NCBI GenBank assembly: GCA_038523235.1
Contig: JBCBJQ010000007.1
Location: forward strand, 1 to 64,000
Source of the DNA: Cyanobacteria bacterium J06626_4
GTDB lineage: Bacteria > Cyanobacteriota > Cyanobacteriia > Phormidesmidales > Phormidesmidaceae
DNA length: 64,000 bases
Reading direction: 5' to 3'
Shown here: in pieces, positions 1-10,954 of the stretch
Numbering within the stretch: the first letter of the stretch is position 1
Layout of the letters: each line of letters begins with the position of its first letter
Notes under the pieces: generated by a model
The model's database searches: none
The model's input: the letters and a program-made list of their open reading frames with translations, nothing else
What the model was told of the DNA's origin: nothing
Made by a program: the position numbers and the translations under genes

Positions 1-108
1 GCTGAATTTAGACTACACATCCCCAAAAGTGTGTAGCCCCCTTCGACAAGGGGGCAGCGACAGCGGGGGATCGCCGATCTGTAGCGCTATTCTGCAGAAC
101 TGGTATTA
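1..108 (+). mobile_element. 120-bp MITE-like dispersed repeat, copy A (left 12 bp cut off by the window edge)
   Basis: Nearly identical to 60703..60810; ends in the terminal inverted repeat GAACTGGTATTA; internal hairpins GACTACAC..GTGTAGCC and CCCCCTT-CGAC-AAGGGGG. Confidence 0.8.
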
Positions 109-175
109 GTTGAACACTAGCGGCATAGGTCACGGCAAAAGGACACGCCTCAGGACAAGGGGCCTCCGCCAATCT

Positions 176-210
176 AAAAAGCCGGTGTCTCTTTAGAAAC
201 ACCGGCTTTC
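176..210 (-). terminator. Intrinsic terminator downstream of prk (possibly bidirectional)
   Basis: AAAAAGCCGGTGT..ACACCGGCTTTT hairpin just past the prk stop. Confidence 0.75.
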
Positions 211-238
211 TCAGCCACAAATCCAACCCAGTTACGAA

Positions 239-1240
239 TTATCTAACCGGCTGAGGAGTTTTGGCAGTCAGGCGCTCATAGCTTTCCCGCATCTTGAGAC
301 CCACTAGCACCTGGAACAAACCGCTACCGTTTTTAGAACCGGGATATTCGCGGTGCTTGAGCAACAGTTCGGTCATCTCACCGTAGTACTTGGTTGATGT
401 GTTGCTGAGATGGCTCTCAACGTAAATCAACTCTTCTAGGCGCTCAAACTGACCGTCAAGTTCTAGCACTGAGACATCGTGGCCGTAGTAGCTGTCAGGG
501 CCGTAATGCATCCGAATGCCGGGGAAGGAGCAAGTCAATTTACGACCGCAGGGAATCCAGTCAATGGTCGAGCCTTCATCAAACAGATAGACCGGGTCAA
601 ACCCTTCGACGCTCTCTTTCTGGAGCAAACGTACGCGCAAGATCTTCCGCTCTTTCTCTTCGTCGGGGATGAGTTGTGTCGGCAGAATTTGAATCACAAC
701 ATCAGCATATTGCTTTTGGATGTCGATGTAGGCTTCAAAATCGTGACGACGGGAGTTGATTGAGGCCAGCACATCCTCATAGGTATGCCCCCGCTCAGCC
801 ATATCGCGCTGAATCTTCCAAGCGATCTTGACGTCATCGTGAATGTCGAGATAGACGCTGAAATCAATCAGACCGCGAACCCGCTCGTCATACATGGGGT
901 GCAACCCTTCGATGACGATAATGTGGTTGGGATCAATGCGTTCGGGTGGGTCAAGTTCGCCGGTCTCGTGGTTATAGATCGGCTTATCGATAGAAGTGCC
1001 TGCTTTAAGCGCTTTGATTTGTTCGTACATCAAATCAAAGTTGTTTGCTTCAGGGTTGAGCGCCGTAACACCCGCCGCCTTACGCTGCTTGCGATCAAGA
1101 CTGTGATAGTCATCAAGACAGATGACAGTAATGAACTCTTCCCCAAACAAATCCTCTAATCGTCTCAAAAATGTGGATTTACCACATCCAGAGTCGCCAG
1201 CAACCCCAATTAAAACCACGCGATCCGGCTTACTTGTCAT
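239..1240 (-). CDS. prk: Phosphoribulokinase
   Basis: N-terminal P-loop GVAGDSGCGKST, DDYHSLDR and IQRDMAERGH motifs; 333 aa; divergent from petH as in other cyanobacteria. Confidence 0.97.
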   Translation of the reverse strand: MTSKPDRVVLIGVAGDSGCGKSTFLRRLEDLFGEEFITVICLDDYHSLDRKQRKAAGVTALNPEANNFDLMYEQIKALKAGTSIDKPIYNHETGELDPPERIDPNHIIVIEGLHPMYDERVRGLIDFSVYLDIHDDVKIAWKIQRDMAERGHTYEDVLASINSRRHDFEAYIDIQKQYADVVIQILPTQLIPDEEKERKILRVRLLQKESVEGFDPVYLFDEGSTIDWIPCGRKLTCSFPGIRMHYGPDSYYGHDVSVLELDGQFERLEELIYVESHLSNTSTKYYGEMTELLLKHREYPGSKNGSGLFQVLVGLKMRESYERLTAKTPQPVR

Positions 1241-2066
1241 AGCTTTCCTCGAGCAAAACAGAAAACAACTGCGATAGAGATTAAGTTAGAGCGCAACAGA
1301 GGTATAAAGGCGGGAGCAGCCACCCATCAAGCTGTCGTTGCGAATACCTTAATTTAGTGAAGCAACTATAGTCAGCGTCTACACATCGTCCTAATCGGGT
1401 TAAGCAAGCCGGATAGAGGGCTTTGATTGCCACAACCGCGATTAACAGACGTTAACCATGAGTGGGCAATGAGAGCCGTAAACCGTTGGTCAAAGACCCT
1501 GCTCAAGCACAGACATGTCAAGCCGGTTCAGACCATTCCGAGCACGAGAATACCGATGTTTACGCTGTTAATAAATAGAATACTATTAAATTGGTATCAC
1601 GGCTTACAAGTGCAGAGCCAATTAAATATTTGATGTGATTTTGACTGAAGTGATTTGCTGCCGGTTCTTTGAGCTAAGTCTCACGGCCCAAATCTCCCAT
1701 TGGATAGCTGTGCGTACCGAGCACTTGTCAAACTCTCCCACCGACCAATACGGGCTTTTGTATGCCGGTCAAGGGTGGGGCAAAGACGGCCAGCGGTTAT
1801 GTCGTCCCAAAAATGTTCACGGCAGAATAATCTTTTAATAAATCTAAAATTGCGTTGGACGACACAGTGTTTTCGAAGGTCGCCGATTAGATTATTCAAA
1901 ACTGCAGGCCACAGGTAGTCAGCATTGGATTCAGTTTCTCCAGCATTTCTAGCTTTCTGGGCTGGTTTGATTAGGAGAGCTTTCCGTTACAGTGATACGC
2001 TAGAGAAAATGTTCGGCAAGCGTTATCTATCGGTGTTTCCTAAGTTGGGAAGCACGTTTTGGATAG

Positions 2067-3317
<1,251 letters not shown>

Positions 3318-3408
3318 ATCTCGGCAAGCCCACATTTTTGACACCCCTAGCTGATGGAACCGGGGTGGCCGAGGGGTTAACTTGGAAGCCCCTTTGCAGA
3401 TTATGACG

Positions 3409-3440
3409 ACCGGAGAGGATTTAACCCTTCTCCGGTTTTT
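3409..3440 (+). terminator. Intrinsic terminator after petH
   Basis: ACCGGAGA..TCTCCGGT stem followed by a T tract. Confidence 0.75.
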
Positions 3441-3497
3441 GTTTGGCGTCAGACATCCCCTACCATTAGTAGGAAACGGACAGAAGGTAGAGACAAC

Positions 3498-4817
3498 GTG
3501 GCGGTTAAAGTAGGTCTGTTGGGATTGGGGACAGTGGGCACTGGGACAGCAAAAATCTTGCTAGACCCGACAGAGCGGCATCCTCTCGTGAGTGAAATCG
3601 AGGTGGCTCGGGTGGGGGTAAGATCGCTCGACAAACCCCGTGACATTGAGATTGCTGCTGACCGATTTACCACCGATCTAGAAGCCATCGTGACTGATCC
3701 CGATATTGATGTCGTGGTGGAGTTAATCGGCGGCCTAGAGCCGGCGCGATCGCTGATGCTGAAGGCGATTCACCAGGGCAAGCACGTGGTCACGGCCAAC
3801 AAGGCGGTGATCGCTCGCTATGGCGACGAACTTTTTACGGCCGCGAATGAAGCTGGCGTCTATGTGCTGTTGGAAGCGGCGGTCGGTGGTGGTATTCCTG
3901 TCATTCAGCCGTTGAAACAGGCGCTGGGGGTTAACCGCATTCAAGCGGTGACGGGCATTGTGAATGGCACGACGAACTATATCCTCACCCGCATGCAAGA
4001 GGAGGGCGGTGACTTTGAGACCATTTTGGCCGATGCCCAAGCGCTGGGCTATGCCGAAGCTGACCCCACCGCCGACGTCGATGGGCTAGATGCCGCCGAT
4101 AAGATTGCCATTTTGGCCTCGCTCGCGTTTGGGGGGCGCATCAAGCTCTCTGACGTGTATTGCGAAGGCATTCGCCATGTGAGTGCAGCGGATATTGCCT
4201 ATGCAGAGCGTTTGGGATTTGTGATTAAACTGCTGGCAATCGCCCGCCGCGATATCTGTCCGACCTCTAACGAAGCGCTTGATCAGCTGCAGTTGCGGGT
4301 GCATCCGACGCTGGTGCCTGATCACCATCCTCTCGCTAGCGTCAACGGGGTCTACAACGCCATTCTGGTCGAGGGCGACCCGATTGGCCAAGTGATGTTC
4401 TTTGGGCCAGGAGCGGGCGAAGGCCCCACGGCCAGCGCGGTCGCCTCCGATATTTTAAATATTACCGCCACTCTGAAATCACAAAGCGTCGCCGCTAAGG
4501 CAGAGCCTCAAAATCCGTTACTAGCCTGCACTCACCAACACTATTGCCAGGTTAGCCCCATGACCGATATCGTCAGTCGCTTTTATGTGCGGCTGTTAGC
4601 GGAAGATCAGCCCGGGGTAATTGGCCAGGTGGGGCTATGCTTTGGCAACCACGCAGTCAGTATTGAGTCGGTGGTGCAAATTGACCTGCATGACGGTATT
4701 GGTGAAATTGTGGTGGTGACTCATGAGGTGTCAGAACACAATTTTCAAACGGCGCTAGATGAGCTGCGCATATCGGCCAGTATTCGAAGCGTGCCGAGCG
4801 TACTCCGGGTACTCTAG
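3498..4817 (+). CDS. hom: Homoserine dehydrogenase with C-terminal ACT domain
   Basis: GLGTVG Rossmann motif, VVTANKA, EAAVGGGIP, NGTTNYIL, GYAEADPTADVDG. Confidence 0.95.
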   Translation: MAVKVGLLGLGTVGTGTAKILLDPTERHPLVSEIEVARVGVRSLDKPRDIEIAADRFTTDLEAIVTDPDIDVVVELIGGLEPARSLMLKAIHQGKHVVTANKAVIARYGDELFTAANEAGVYVLLEAAVGGGIPVIQPLKQALGVNRIQAVTGIVNGTTNYILTRMQEEGGDFETILADAQALGYAEADPTADVDGLDAADKIAILASLAFGGRIKLSDVYCEGIRHVSAADIAYAERLGFVIKLLAIARRDICPTSNEALDQLQLRVHPTLVPDHHPLASVNGVYNAILVEGDPIGQVMFFGPGAGEGPTASAVASDILNITATLKSQSVAAKAEPQNPLLACTHQHYCQVSPMTDIVSRFYVRLLAEDQPGVIGQVGLCFGNHAVSIESVVQIDLHDGIGEIVVVTHEVSEHNFQTALDELRISASIRSVPSVLRVL

Positions 4818-4983
4818 TCCAACTGATAGCTAGCCAGCTTGAGATTTGCTTGGGAGTTGTTGTTAGTCGGGTGCGCCTGCCCCAGACAGCTAACTGTAGA
4901 ACCAATCGGAGGCCGCAGTTGTGATCTGACAACTCATCCACCCAGAATGCTGCGCCTGGCCATCGTCTTAGCATTGAACCCTC

Positions 4984-5895
4984 ATGGACACATTTGCGTA
5001 CATAGTTTCGGGGGCAAACCTGTGGGCCTGGCGATCGCAGGCCATCGCCCAAGCCCAAGCGGCTCACATTGACCCCGCCGAAGTGGACTGGCTGCTGCAG
5101 GGCTTGTGTCAGGTGGAAACCTTGGCGCTGCGTTTAGGGACTCTGACCCAGCAACTGGCCGTTCCTACCACGATTACATTGTCTGAGTTAGAAACGCTGT
5201 GGCAAAAGCGGCTTGGCGATCGCGTCCCCATTCAGCATCTGGTGGGCAAAACGGTCTGGCGCAACTTCACGCTGCAGGTCTCCCCTGCCGTCCTGATTCC
5301 CCGGCCAGAAACTGAGCTGCTCATTGATAGCGTGGTTGCGTTCATTAACCAAAGCCCGCAGGCAGCCCGGCTACAGCAGGGCACTTGGATTGATCTGGGC
5401 ACTGGCAGCGGGGCGATCGCCCTGGGGTTAGCGGCAGCCCTGCCCCAGGCGCAAATTGTAGCGGTGGATGTGAGTGACGCGGCGCTGGCGATCGCCCGTC
5501 ACAATGCCGTCGAGAATGGCTTAGGCGATCGCATCCAGTTTCTGGTGGGATCATGGTTCGAGCCGCTAGCGCACTGGTCGGGGCAGCTGGCCGGTATGGT
5601 GTCGAATCCGCCCTACATTCCCAGCGCGATCGTGCCGACCCTCGACCCCGAAGTGGCTCAACACGAGCCGCATCTAGCTTTAGATGGTGGCCCAGACGGG
5701 TTGGCTGCCGTGCGGCATTTGGTCACAACGGCGCCGCGCTATTTGCAGTCCGGCGGCCTTTGGGCAGTGGAACTCATGGCCGGTCAGGCCCCTGCGGTCA
5801 CCCATTTATTGCAGCAGTCTCAAGCCTACACCGATGGCCAAGTCGTCAGCGACTATGCCGGGATCGAGCGATTTGTAACGGCCTATCGGCAATAA
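4984..5895 (+). CDS. prmC: Release factor glutamine methyltransferase (HemK/PrmC)
   Basis: LIPRPETE, DLGTGSGAI, SNPPY, ALDGGPDGL. Confidence 0.95.
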   Translation: MDTFAYIVSGANLWAWRSQAIAQAQAAHIDPAEVDWLLQGLCQVETLALRLGTLTQQLAVPTTITLSELETLWQKRLGDRVPIQHLVGKTVWRNFTLQVSPAVLIPRPETELLIDSVVAFINQSPQAARLQQGTWIDLGTGSGAIALGLAAALPQAQIVAVDVSDAALAIARHNAVENGLGDRIQFLVGSWFEPLAHWSGQLAGMVSNPPYIPSAIVPTLDPEVAQHEPHLALDGGPDGLAAVRHLVTTAPRYLQSGGLWAVELMAGQAPAVTHLLQQSQAYTDGQVVSDYAGIERFVTAYRQ

Positions 5896-5948
5896 CGGGT
5901 CTACTAGCGATCGCGATGTTCCTGGCCTGAAGCTGCGACAGGCTGCCC

Positions 5949-6599
5949 TCAGGGCGGCGACACCAATAACAGTGCCCGATAGGAGAAGGCCAGGGAGGCA
6001 TTGCCAGTCCACTGGCCGGCAGACTTGTTGAATTTGATCAGTTGCCCCTCCTGCTCTAACCGGGTGAGCAAGCGAGTCACGGTCACTCGGCTGGTGCCCA
6101 AAATTTCGGCAATCTGCTGATGAGTCAGCATCGACTCTAGCAACTGCCCCTGAGACACGGGTCGGCCAAATCGATGGGCCAGCCAGTACAGCAGCTGGGT
6201 CAGGCGTTCCCTCACAGAGGGTTGATGCACAATGCGCAGCAGTTCTTCTTGCTGCCAGAGATGTTTGAGCAAGGCGCTTTGCCAAAACCGGCTGTGACTG
6301 CTGATTGGCGTTGCTCTCGCTTTAACGGTCGTCAAACATTCCATTTGATAGGGCTGCTGGCGCGTGAGGGGCAACCCAACCATGCCACCCCGACCCCAAA
6401 TACTCAGGGTGGTCACGTGGCCTTGAGCATTCCAGGTGAGGGTGCGCACAATGCCGTGATCGATCTGCCATACCTGATCAGGCAGGGCGGGCAGCAAATG
6501 CTTGCGGCGAAAAGACTGGGGTTTGGTCGTCGATGCCGACTCAGTGGCGACGGCTTGACCACTGGCACGTGGAGGAAACTGGCGGAGTCTAGAGGACAT
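5949..6599 (-). CDS. Crp/Fnr-family transcriptional regulator (IdiB-like by context)
   Basis: C-terminal HTH LTHQQIAEILGTSRVTVTRLL; N-terminal cNMP-like beta region; last gene of the isi-like operon. Confidence 0.85.
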   Translation of the reverse strand: MSSRLRQFPPRASGQAVATESASTTKPQSFRRKHLLPALPDQVWQIDHGIVRTLTWNAQGHVTTLSIWGRGGMVGLPLTRQQPYQMECLTTVKARATPISSHSRFWQSALLKHLWQQEELLRIVHQPSVRERLTQLLYWLAHRFGRPVSQGQLLESMLTHQQIAEILGTSRVTVTRLLTRLEQEGQLIKFNKSAGQWTGNASLAFSYRALLLVSPP

Positions 6600-6744
6600 A
6601 GGTCGAGGAGATCAATAAGGGGAGACGGGAGATCGCGAAGCCTGAGGGCACCCAACGGCGGCGCTGAAGTCACTGGTCGTGGCCCTCACTGGGGCCGCAC
6701 AGACAGTGACCAAAACGGCACTGAGAACACAGCAGTCAGCATCT

Positions 6745-7515
6745 TCAATGCGTCAGGCGGACAGTAGCAGGGGCGATCGCCGCCGGTGCTGAGGCGTCAA
6801 TTGGCTGCCAAAAGTCGAGAATTTGCTCTCGGCAAAGTTGTGGATGCGTGGCGTGAAAGAAATGCCGCCCGTCAGGACAAAGCCAGCGGCGATCGCCCGG
6901 CTTGAGCCAGGGTTGCCAACCCTGCAATTGCACCGGATCGACCACAGTATCGGCTTGACCGCCACACACCATCAGCGGCACTGAAACGCCAGCGGGAAAC
7001 AAGCTGAACCGGCTTAAAAGAGAATGCAATGACAGCGAACTGATCAAATCGCGCTCCAGCAGTTGAATCCATCCTTCGACACAGTGCTGACACTGCGGCC
7101 CAAACAAACTGCGGGCAGTTTGCGCCAAGAGGCGCCGACGGCTGCAGGGCAGCAAATCTAGCTGCGTATAGTAGTGCGCTTTCCAATCCACCGTAGGATT
7201 GACGCCGACACTCAACAGCGTGAGCGACTTAACCCGATGGGGAAACCGCCGGGCATAGAGCAGGCCGACGAGGCCACCCGTACCGTGACCAATGAGATGC
7301 AGCGGACGATCGCCCCCCTTCACATAGTCATGGAGCAGCGTCACGGCAACATCTAACGAGCTGGGTTCATCAGGGGTCTGCTGATAGCCCCAGTGAGCAA
7401 TATTCACCGCCTTGTGTAGCTGAATGAGCAGGGGCTGCTCTAATCGCCGAAAACTGGGATTCACACTGAGCCAAAGGGCAGCGGGCGGGGCGGCGGTCAA
7501 AATTTGATCGGTCAT
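6745..7515 (-). CDS. isiC: Alpha/beta-hydrolase-fold protein, IsiC-like
   Basis: LHLIGHGTGGLVG elbow-like motif, GRHFFH; follows an isiB remnant; ATG at 7515 chosen because the longer ORF overlaps the isiB remnant. Confidence 0.75.
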   Translation of the reverse strand: MTDQILTAAPPAALWLSVNPSFRRLEQPLLIQLHKAVNIAHWGYQQTPDEPSSLDVAVTLLHDYVKGGDRPLHLIGHGTGGLVGLLYARRFPHRVKSLTLLSVGVNPTVDWKAHYYTQLDLLPCSRRRLLAQTARSLFGPQCQHCVEGWIQLLERDLISSLSLHSLLSRFSLFPAGVSVPLMVCGGQADTVVDPVQLQGWQPWLKPGDRRWLCPDGRHFFHATHPQLCREQILDFWQPIDASAPAAIAPATVRLTH

Positions 7516-7576
7516 AACACCTGTCCTGCAACAATTTTGAAGGGAAACACGTAATGCTCTGACAACTTGGCCGGCG

Positions 7577-7810
7577 TCACCGGAACCGTCGAAGCGTCGT
7601 CGAGAGCCTGGAAAAGACCGCGGTCTCAAGGTCAAAGGCTGATGGCAACTGCATCCCCCAAGTTTCAAGACGACTACCCGTCAGCTGCGATGGGTTGTCT
7701 TTATTCCGCACTAAAACAACCGCTGCACCACCTAACGGTGGTTGAATCAACCCAGCGATCGCTGCCGTGTTCCCTGTCTGAGTAACTAAAAAGAGTGCCA
7801 TCTGACTCAT
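7577..7810 (-). pseudogene. isiB: Flavodoxin (isiB) remnant: N- and C-termini fused in frame, core deleted, original stop lost
   Basis: MSQMALFLVTQTGNTAAIAGLIQ..GG..VV matches the flavodoxin N-terminus with its FMN phosphate loop TQTGNT; KDNPSQLTGSRLETWGMQLPSAFDL matches the C-terminal EDNQSDLT..RI..W..QLK..FGL; only about 61 homologous codons. Confidence 0.85.
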
Positions 7811-7986
7811 TAACCATCCTCAAAATTGCAATAAGGCGAACGATCACCGCGATCGCGGCAGGTGCGATACGCCGCCCCCATGGCTTGCCCCACTGGCATC
7901 GCCTGGCGGCAGGTGGGGCAAAACCAATACAGACCCGATGGGGCCACATGTCGCAGCAACTCGTCCGCACAGCAGGGGCAATTCAT
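7810..7986 (-). CDS. Small Cys-rich zinc-ribbon-like protein, IsiE-like
   Basis: MNCPCC..LLRH....LYWFCPTCRQAMP; its stop overlaps the isiB remnant start (TAATG at 7812..7808). Confidence 0.8.
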   Translation of the reverse strand: MNCPCCADELLRHVAPSGLYWFCPTCRQAMPVGQAMGAAYRTCRDRGDRSPYCNFEDG

Positions 7987-8079
7987 CACCAACACCCAGA
8001 ATTAAAGGAACAGAAAAGGGGACACTGACTTCAGGTAGTTAGGTCGAATACACACGTGCCCCCAAGAACAAATTGTGAA

Positions 8080-8338
8080 CGACGACTCAATCGCATTGAG
8101 AGCCGGTTCGACGCCACGCAAGTCAAAGCCCATCGCCCGCAGGGCGTGCCACAAATGGCCCGACAAACAGAAACAGGCGAGAGCGTTCGAACAAGACAAA
8201 GGCAAAGGCAAAGGCCCACGACACGATCAAGGCCAATTGCGCCACGTGGGCGACGACAAACAGGCCTAACTGCTCAGCAAAGCGAGCATTGGTCGCCCGC
8301 CAGTTGTCAGAGATTTCTGCACTGCCATAGGTTTGCAT
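8080..8338 (-). pseudogene. isiA: isiA (CP43') remnant: N-terminal ~55 codons joined out of frame to C-terminal ~33 codons
   Basis: [42 protein letters not shown] matches the IsiA N-terminus; in another frame [33 protein letters not shown] matches the IsiA C-terminus; AAGGA RBS upstream. Confidence 0.88.
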
Positions 8339-8376
8339 CGTGATTGAATCCTTAACGGCAAAACTCAACCTGAGAG

Positions 8377-8405
8377 AGCTTATTGAGAAATGTAGTCAAT
8401 AAGCT
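8377..8405. promoter_or_regulatory. Fur-box-like palindrome upstream of the isi operon
   Basis: AGCTTATTGA-GAAATGTAG-TCAATAAGCT, perfect 10-bp arms; resembles cyanobacterial FurA sites (TTGAGAA..TTCTCAA). Confidence 0.7.
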
Positions 8406-8417
8406 GACAACAGGATA

Positions 8418-8449
8418 GATCAGAATAGTTCTCAATAGTAAAATGTCAA
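8418..8449 (-). promoter_or_regulatory. Sigma70-type promoter overlapped by a second Fur-like box
   Basis: Minus strand TTGACA (8449..8444), 16-nt spacer, TATTCT (8427..8422), overlapping TATTGAGAACTATTCTGATC. Confidence 0.65.
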
Positions 8450-8788
8450 CTTTTGTATCGGGCTCCTCAATGGGTCACTCGACTCGCAGGGCCCAGATTG
8501 AGAGATTCCGGTTGGGTTGAGTGGGCTCCTCTTTAGCGCGGTCTGGGGTGCATCATCAGTTGATGAACAATTAGATCGAGATAGCCGCGATCGCGCCACC
8601 AACCCCTTCAGGGGCAGTAATTGTTGCCGCACGTCTAATTGAATCGCTCACTGATGGCAGCCACTAGTTCGAGGCACATGAGCCATCTCGGGCAAAGAAG
8701 GCTGCGATCGATGCTGCCCCAACTCCGACGACTTTATTGACCTTTGATGTCAACAAAATGGGCAAGATTTTGGCAGCCGTAGAAGGTT

Positions 8789-8908
8789 TAATACCAGTTC
8801 TACAAATTACAGCTACACGTACAAGTCGGCTTCGACTCCGCTCAGCCGACGTTCCTTGAGCGGAGTCGAAAGGAAGATCTGTAGTCCAGTTTCAGAGAAC
8901 TGGTATGA
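8789..8908 (-). mobile_element. 120-bp MITE-like dispersed repeat, copy C (different interior)
   Basis: Termini TAATACCAGTTC / GAACTGGTATGA, subterminal GCTACA/TGTAGT; interior is the REP-like inverted pair TTCGACTCCGCTCA..TGAGCGGAGTCGAA. Confidence 0.75.
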
Positions 8909-9196
8909 CAGAAAGATATTGCGAAGCGATACGGGGCAGCACGAGTCAATCAGTGTCCTGACTTTCAATCCACCGGCAACGAATGGCGGACGATGCCACT
9001 CTAGGACATCGGTCTAGCGTCAACAGTGCTGCCTTATGCGAGGTATCTCTATGATGGCGAGCCCGCAATTCTCTGACATAGCGGTGAAGGTCTCCTTTCA
9101 GCAAATGTGGCGGACGATCGCACGGCGCTGGTAGCGTTTTTGCGAGCGCTTTAGCAGCCGGAAAACATCGGAGAACCGCAACCGCAGACACAGTAT

Positions 9197-10954
9197 TTAT
9201 TGCGCCGATCTAGAGCGAAAGACAGCTTGGGGTTGACCTTTGGTGTTAACAGCTGGTTCAGCTGTGGAGATGCGCTCATTCGAACCGATCTCTGCTCGTA
9301 CCGGCTTGGGTCGAGCCGGCTGTTGGATCGGAATTTGCATCACAAACTTCGTTCCCTGTCCCGGATTCGAGAAGCACTCTAACTTGCCCCGATGTCTTTC
9401 AGTAATGATCTGATAGCTGATCGACATGCCCATGCCAGTCCCTTTACCCACTGCTTTAGTAGTAAAAAAGGGCTCAAAGATCCGCTCTTTAATTTCCGCA
9501 GGGATGCCCAAACCATTGTCGGCAATGGTAATTTGCACCCATTCTTGATCAATCACAGAGGTTTGCAGCGTAATTCGACCGGGATTCGCGAGGTGTTGTT
9601 CCGCAGTATAGTTCTTGGTTTTGTCGGCGATCGCATCAAGGGCGTTGGCCAAAATATTCATAAAGACTTGATTGAGCAGTCCGGCGTAACATTCCACCGG
9701 CCGCAGTGTTGCATAATCTTTGACGACCTGAATGGCCGGTCGGTCAGGGCTAGCCTGGAAGCGATGCTGCAAAATCATCAGAGTGCTTTCCAGACCCTGA
9801 TGAATATCGACTGATTTGATGTCAGCTTCATCCAACCTCGAAAAAATCCGCAGCGCTAAAACAATTTCGCGAATACGCTTACTGCCAATATCCATAGACG
9901 TCAAAATTTTAGGCAAATCATCTTGGATGAAAGGCAGATCGACTTCATCAATCACAGCTTGAATCTCAGGCTGGGGATGAGGGTAGTGATGCTGATAGAG
10001 CCCTAGTAACTTCAGTAGATTTTGACCATATCCCCGGAGGTGATTCAAATTACCGTGAATAAAGCTCACCGGATTGTTAATTTCATGGGCCACCCCGGCA
10101 ACCATGTTGCCTAAGCTCGACATCTTTTCATTTTGAATGAGTCTGAGCTGAGCCTGTCGAAGTTCGGACAAGGCGTCTTCTAACTCACCAGCCTGCTGCC
10201 GGTAGCGTCCTTCAGATGCCTGCAATCGCTGATACTGCTGCTCTAGCAGATAGTCTGCTCTTTTGACAAAGAGGTACAGCAGACCGTAAAGCGATGTCAG
10301 AATCAGTAGACTCCCTAAGATAATCCGCCGCTGAGTTTGCTCAATGCGCTCCACCAGAGGCGTCACATCTTTGTAGAGTTCAAAAACACCCACAATTTCT
10401 GCATTAGCTGCTCCGCCTCGAATTGGAATATAGCTAGACAGTAGATTGCGATCTTCTAAGGTGGTTTGCAGGGCCGTGAAGGTGTCGCGATGATCGAGTT
10501 GACTGACAACTTGACCAGACTGAGCCGCGATAAAGCCTGATGATTGACTCTTGTCGTCCCCCGTTTGGGATTCATCGGTCGAGAAAACAGTTCTTCCCTG
10601 CAGGTCAAAAACTTTAATTTTGGCAATCTGTGAGCCTTCTAGACCTTGCAGGGTGTCTTTGTACAGCTGACGAGTCTTCGGGTGTGCAACTAATGCTTCA
10701 TCACTGAGTGACTGAGTTGAAGATAAGAAATAACCATATTTAGGCCAGAGCGTATTAGCAAAAATCTGCGTGGTGGTGATATTACTCTCTTCCGTCGATA
10801 TGACTAAGTCATGTACGGCCTGACGGCGATAAAAAATCGCTAACAAGCTCGTTGCCAGCACAAAGGTGCTTAAGCTGACAATCGAAAAGTTGCGCAGCAG
10901 CTGAAAGCGCTGCTCAGTTGAAGGACTATTCAGAGAAAAAAGTTTATTGAACAT
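9197..10954 (-). CDS. Membrane sensor histidine kinase (no adjacent response regulator)
   Basis: Two TM segments around a Cache-like periplasmic region; H-box VAHEINNP, N-box [12 protein letters not shown]-boxes DNGLGI and GKGTGMG. Confidence 0.92.
   Translation of the reverse strand: MFNKLFSLNSPSTEQRFQLLRNFSIVSLSTFVLATSLLAIFYRRQAVHDLVISTEESNITTTQIFANTLWPKYGYFLSSTQSLSDEALVAHPKTRQLYKDTLQGLEGSQIAKIKVFDLQGRTVFSTDESQTGDDKSQSSGFIAAQSGQVVSQLDHRDTFTALQTTLEDRNLLSSYIPIRGGAANAEIVGVFELYKDVTPLVERIEQTQRRIILGSLLILTSLYGLLYLFVKRADYLLEQQYQRLQASEGRYRQQAGELEDALSELRQAQLRLIQNEKMSSLGNMVAGVAHEINNPVSFIHGNLNHLRGYGQNLLKLLGLYQHHYPHPQPEIQAVIDEVDLPFIQDDLPKILTSMDIGSKRIREIVLALRIFSRLDEADIKSVDIHQGLESTLMILQHRFQASPDRPAIQVVKDYATLRPVECYAGLLNQVFMNILANALDAIADKTKNYTAEQHLANPGRITLQTSVIDQEWVQITIADNGLGIPAEIKERIFEPFFTTKAVGKGTGMGMSISYQIITERHRGKLECFSNPGQGTKFVMQIPIQQPARPKPVRAEIGSNERISTAEPAVNTKGQPQAVFRSRSAQ

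Noticed and set aside
7516..7668. N-terminal extension of the alpha/beta hydrolase ORF
   Set aside because: It overlaps the isiB remnant and is not hydrolase-like; ATG at 7515 is more plausible.
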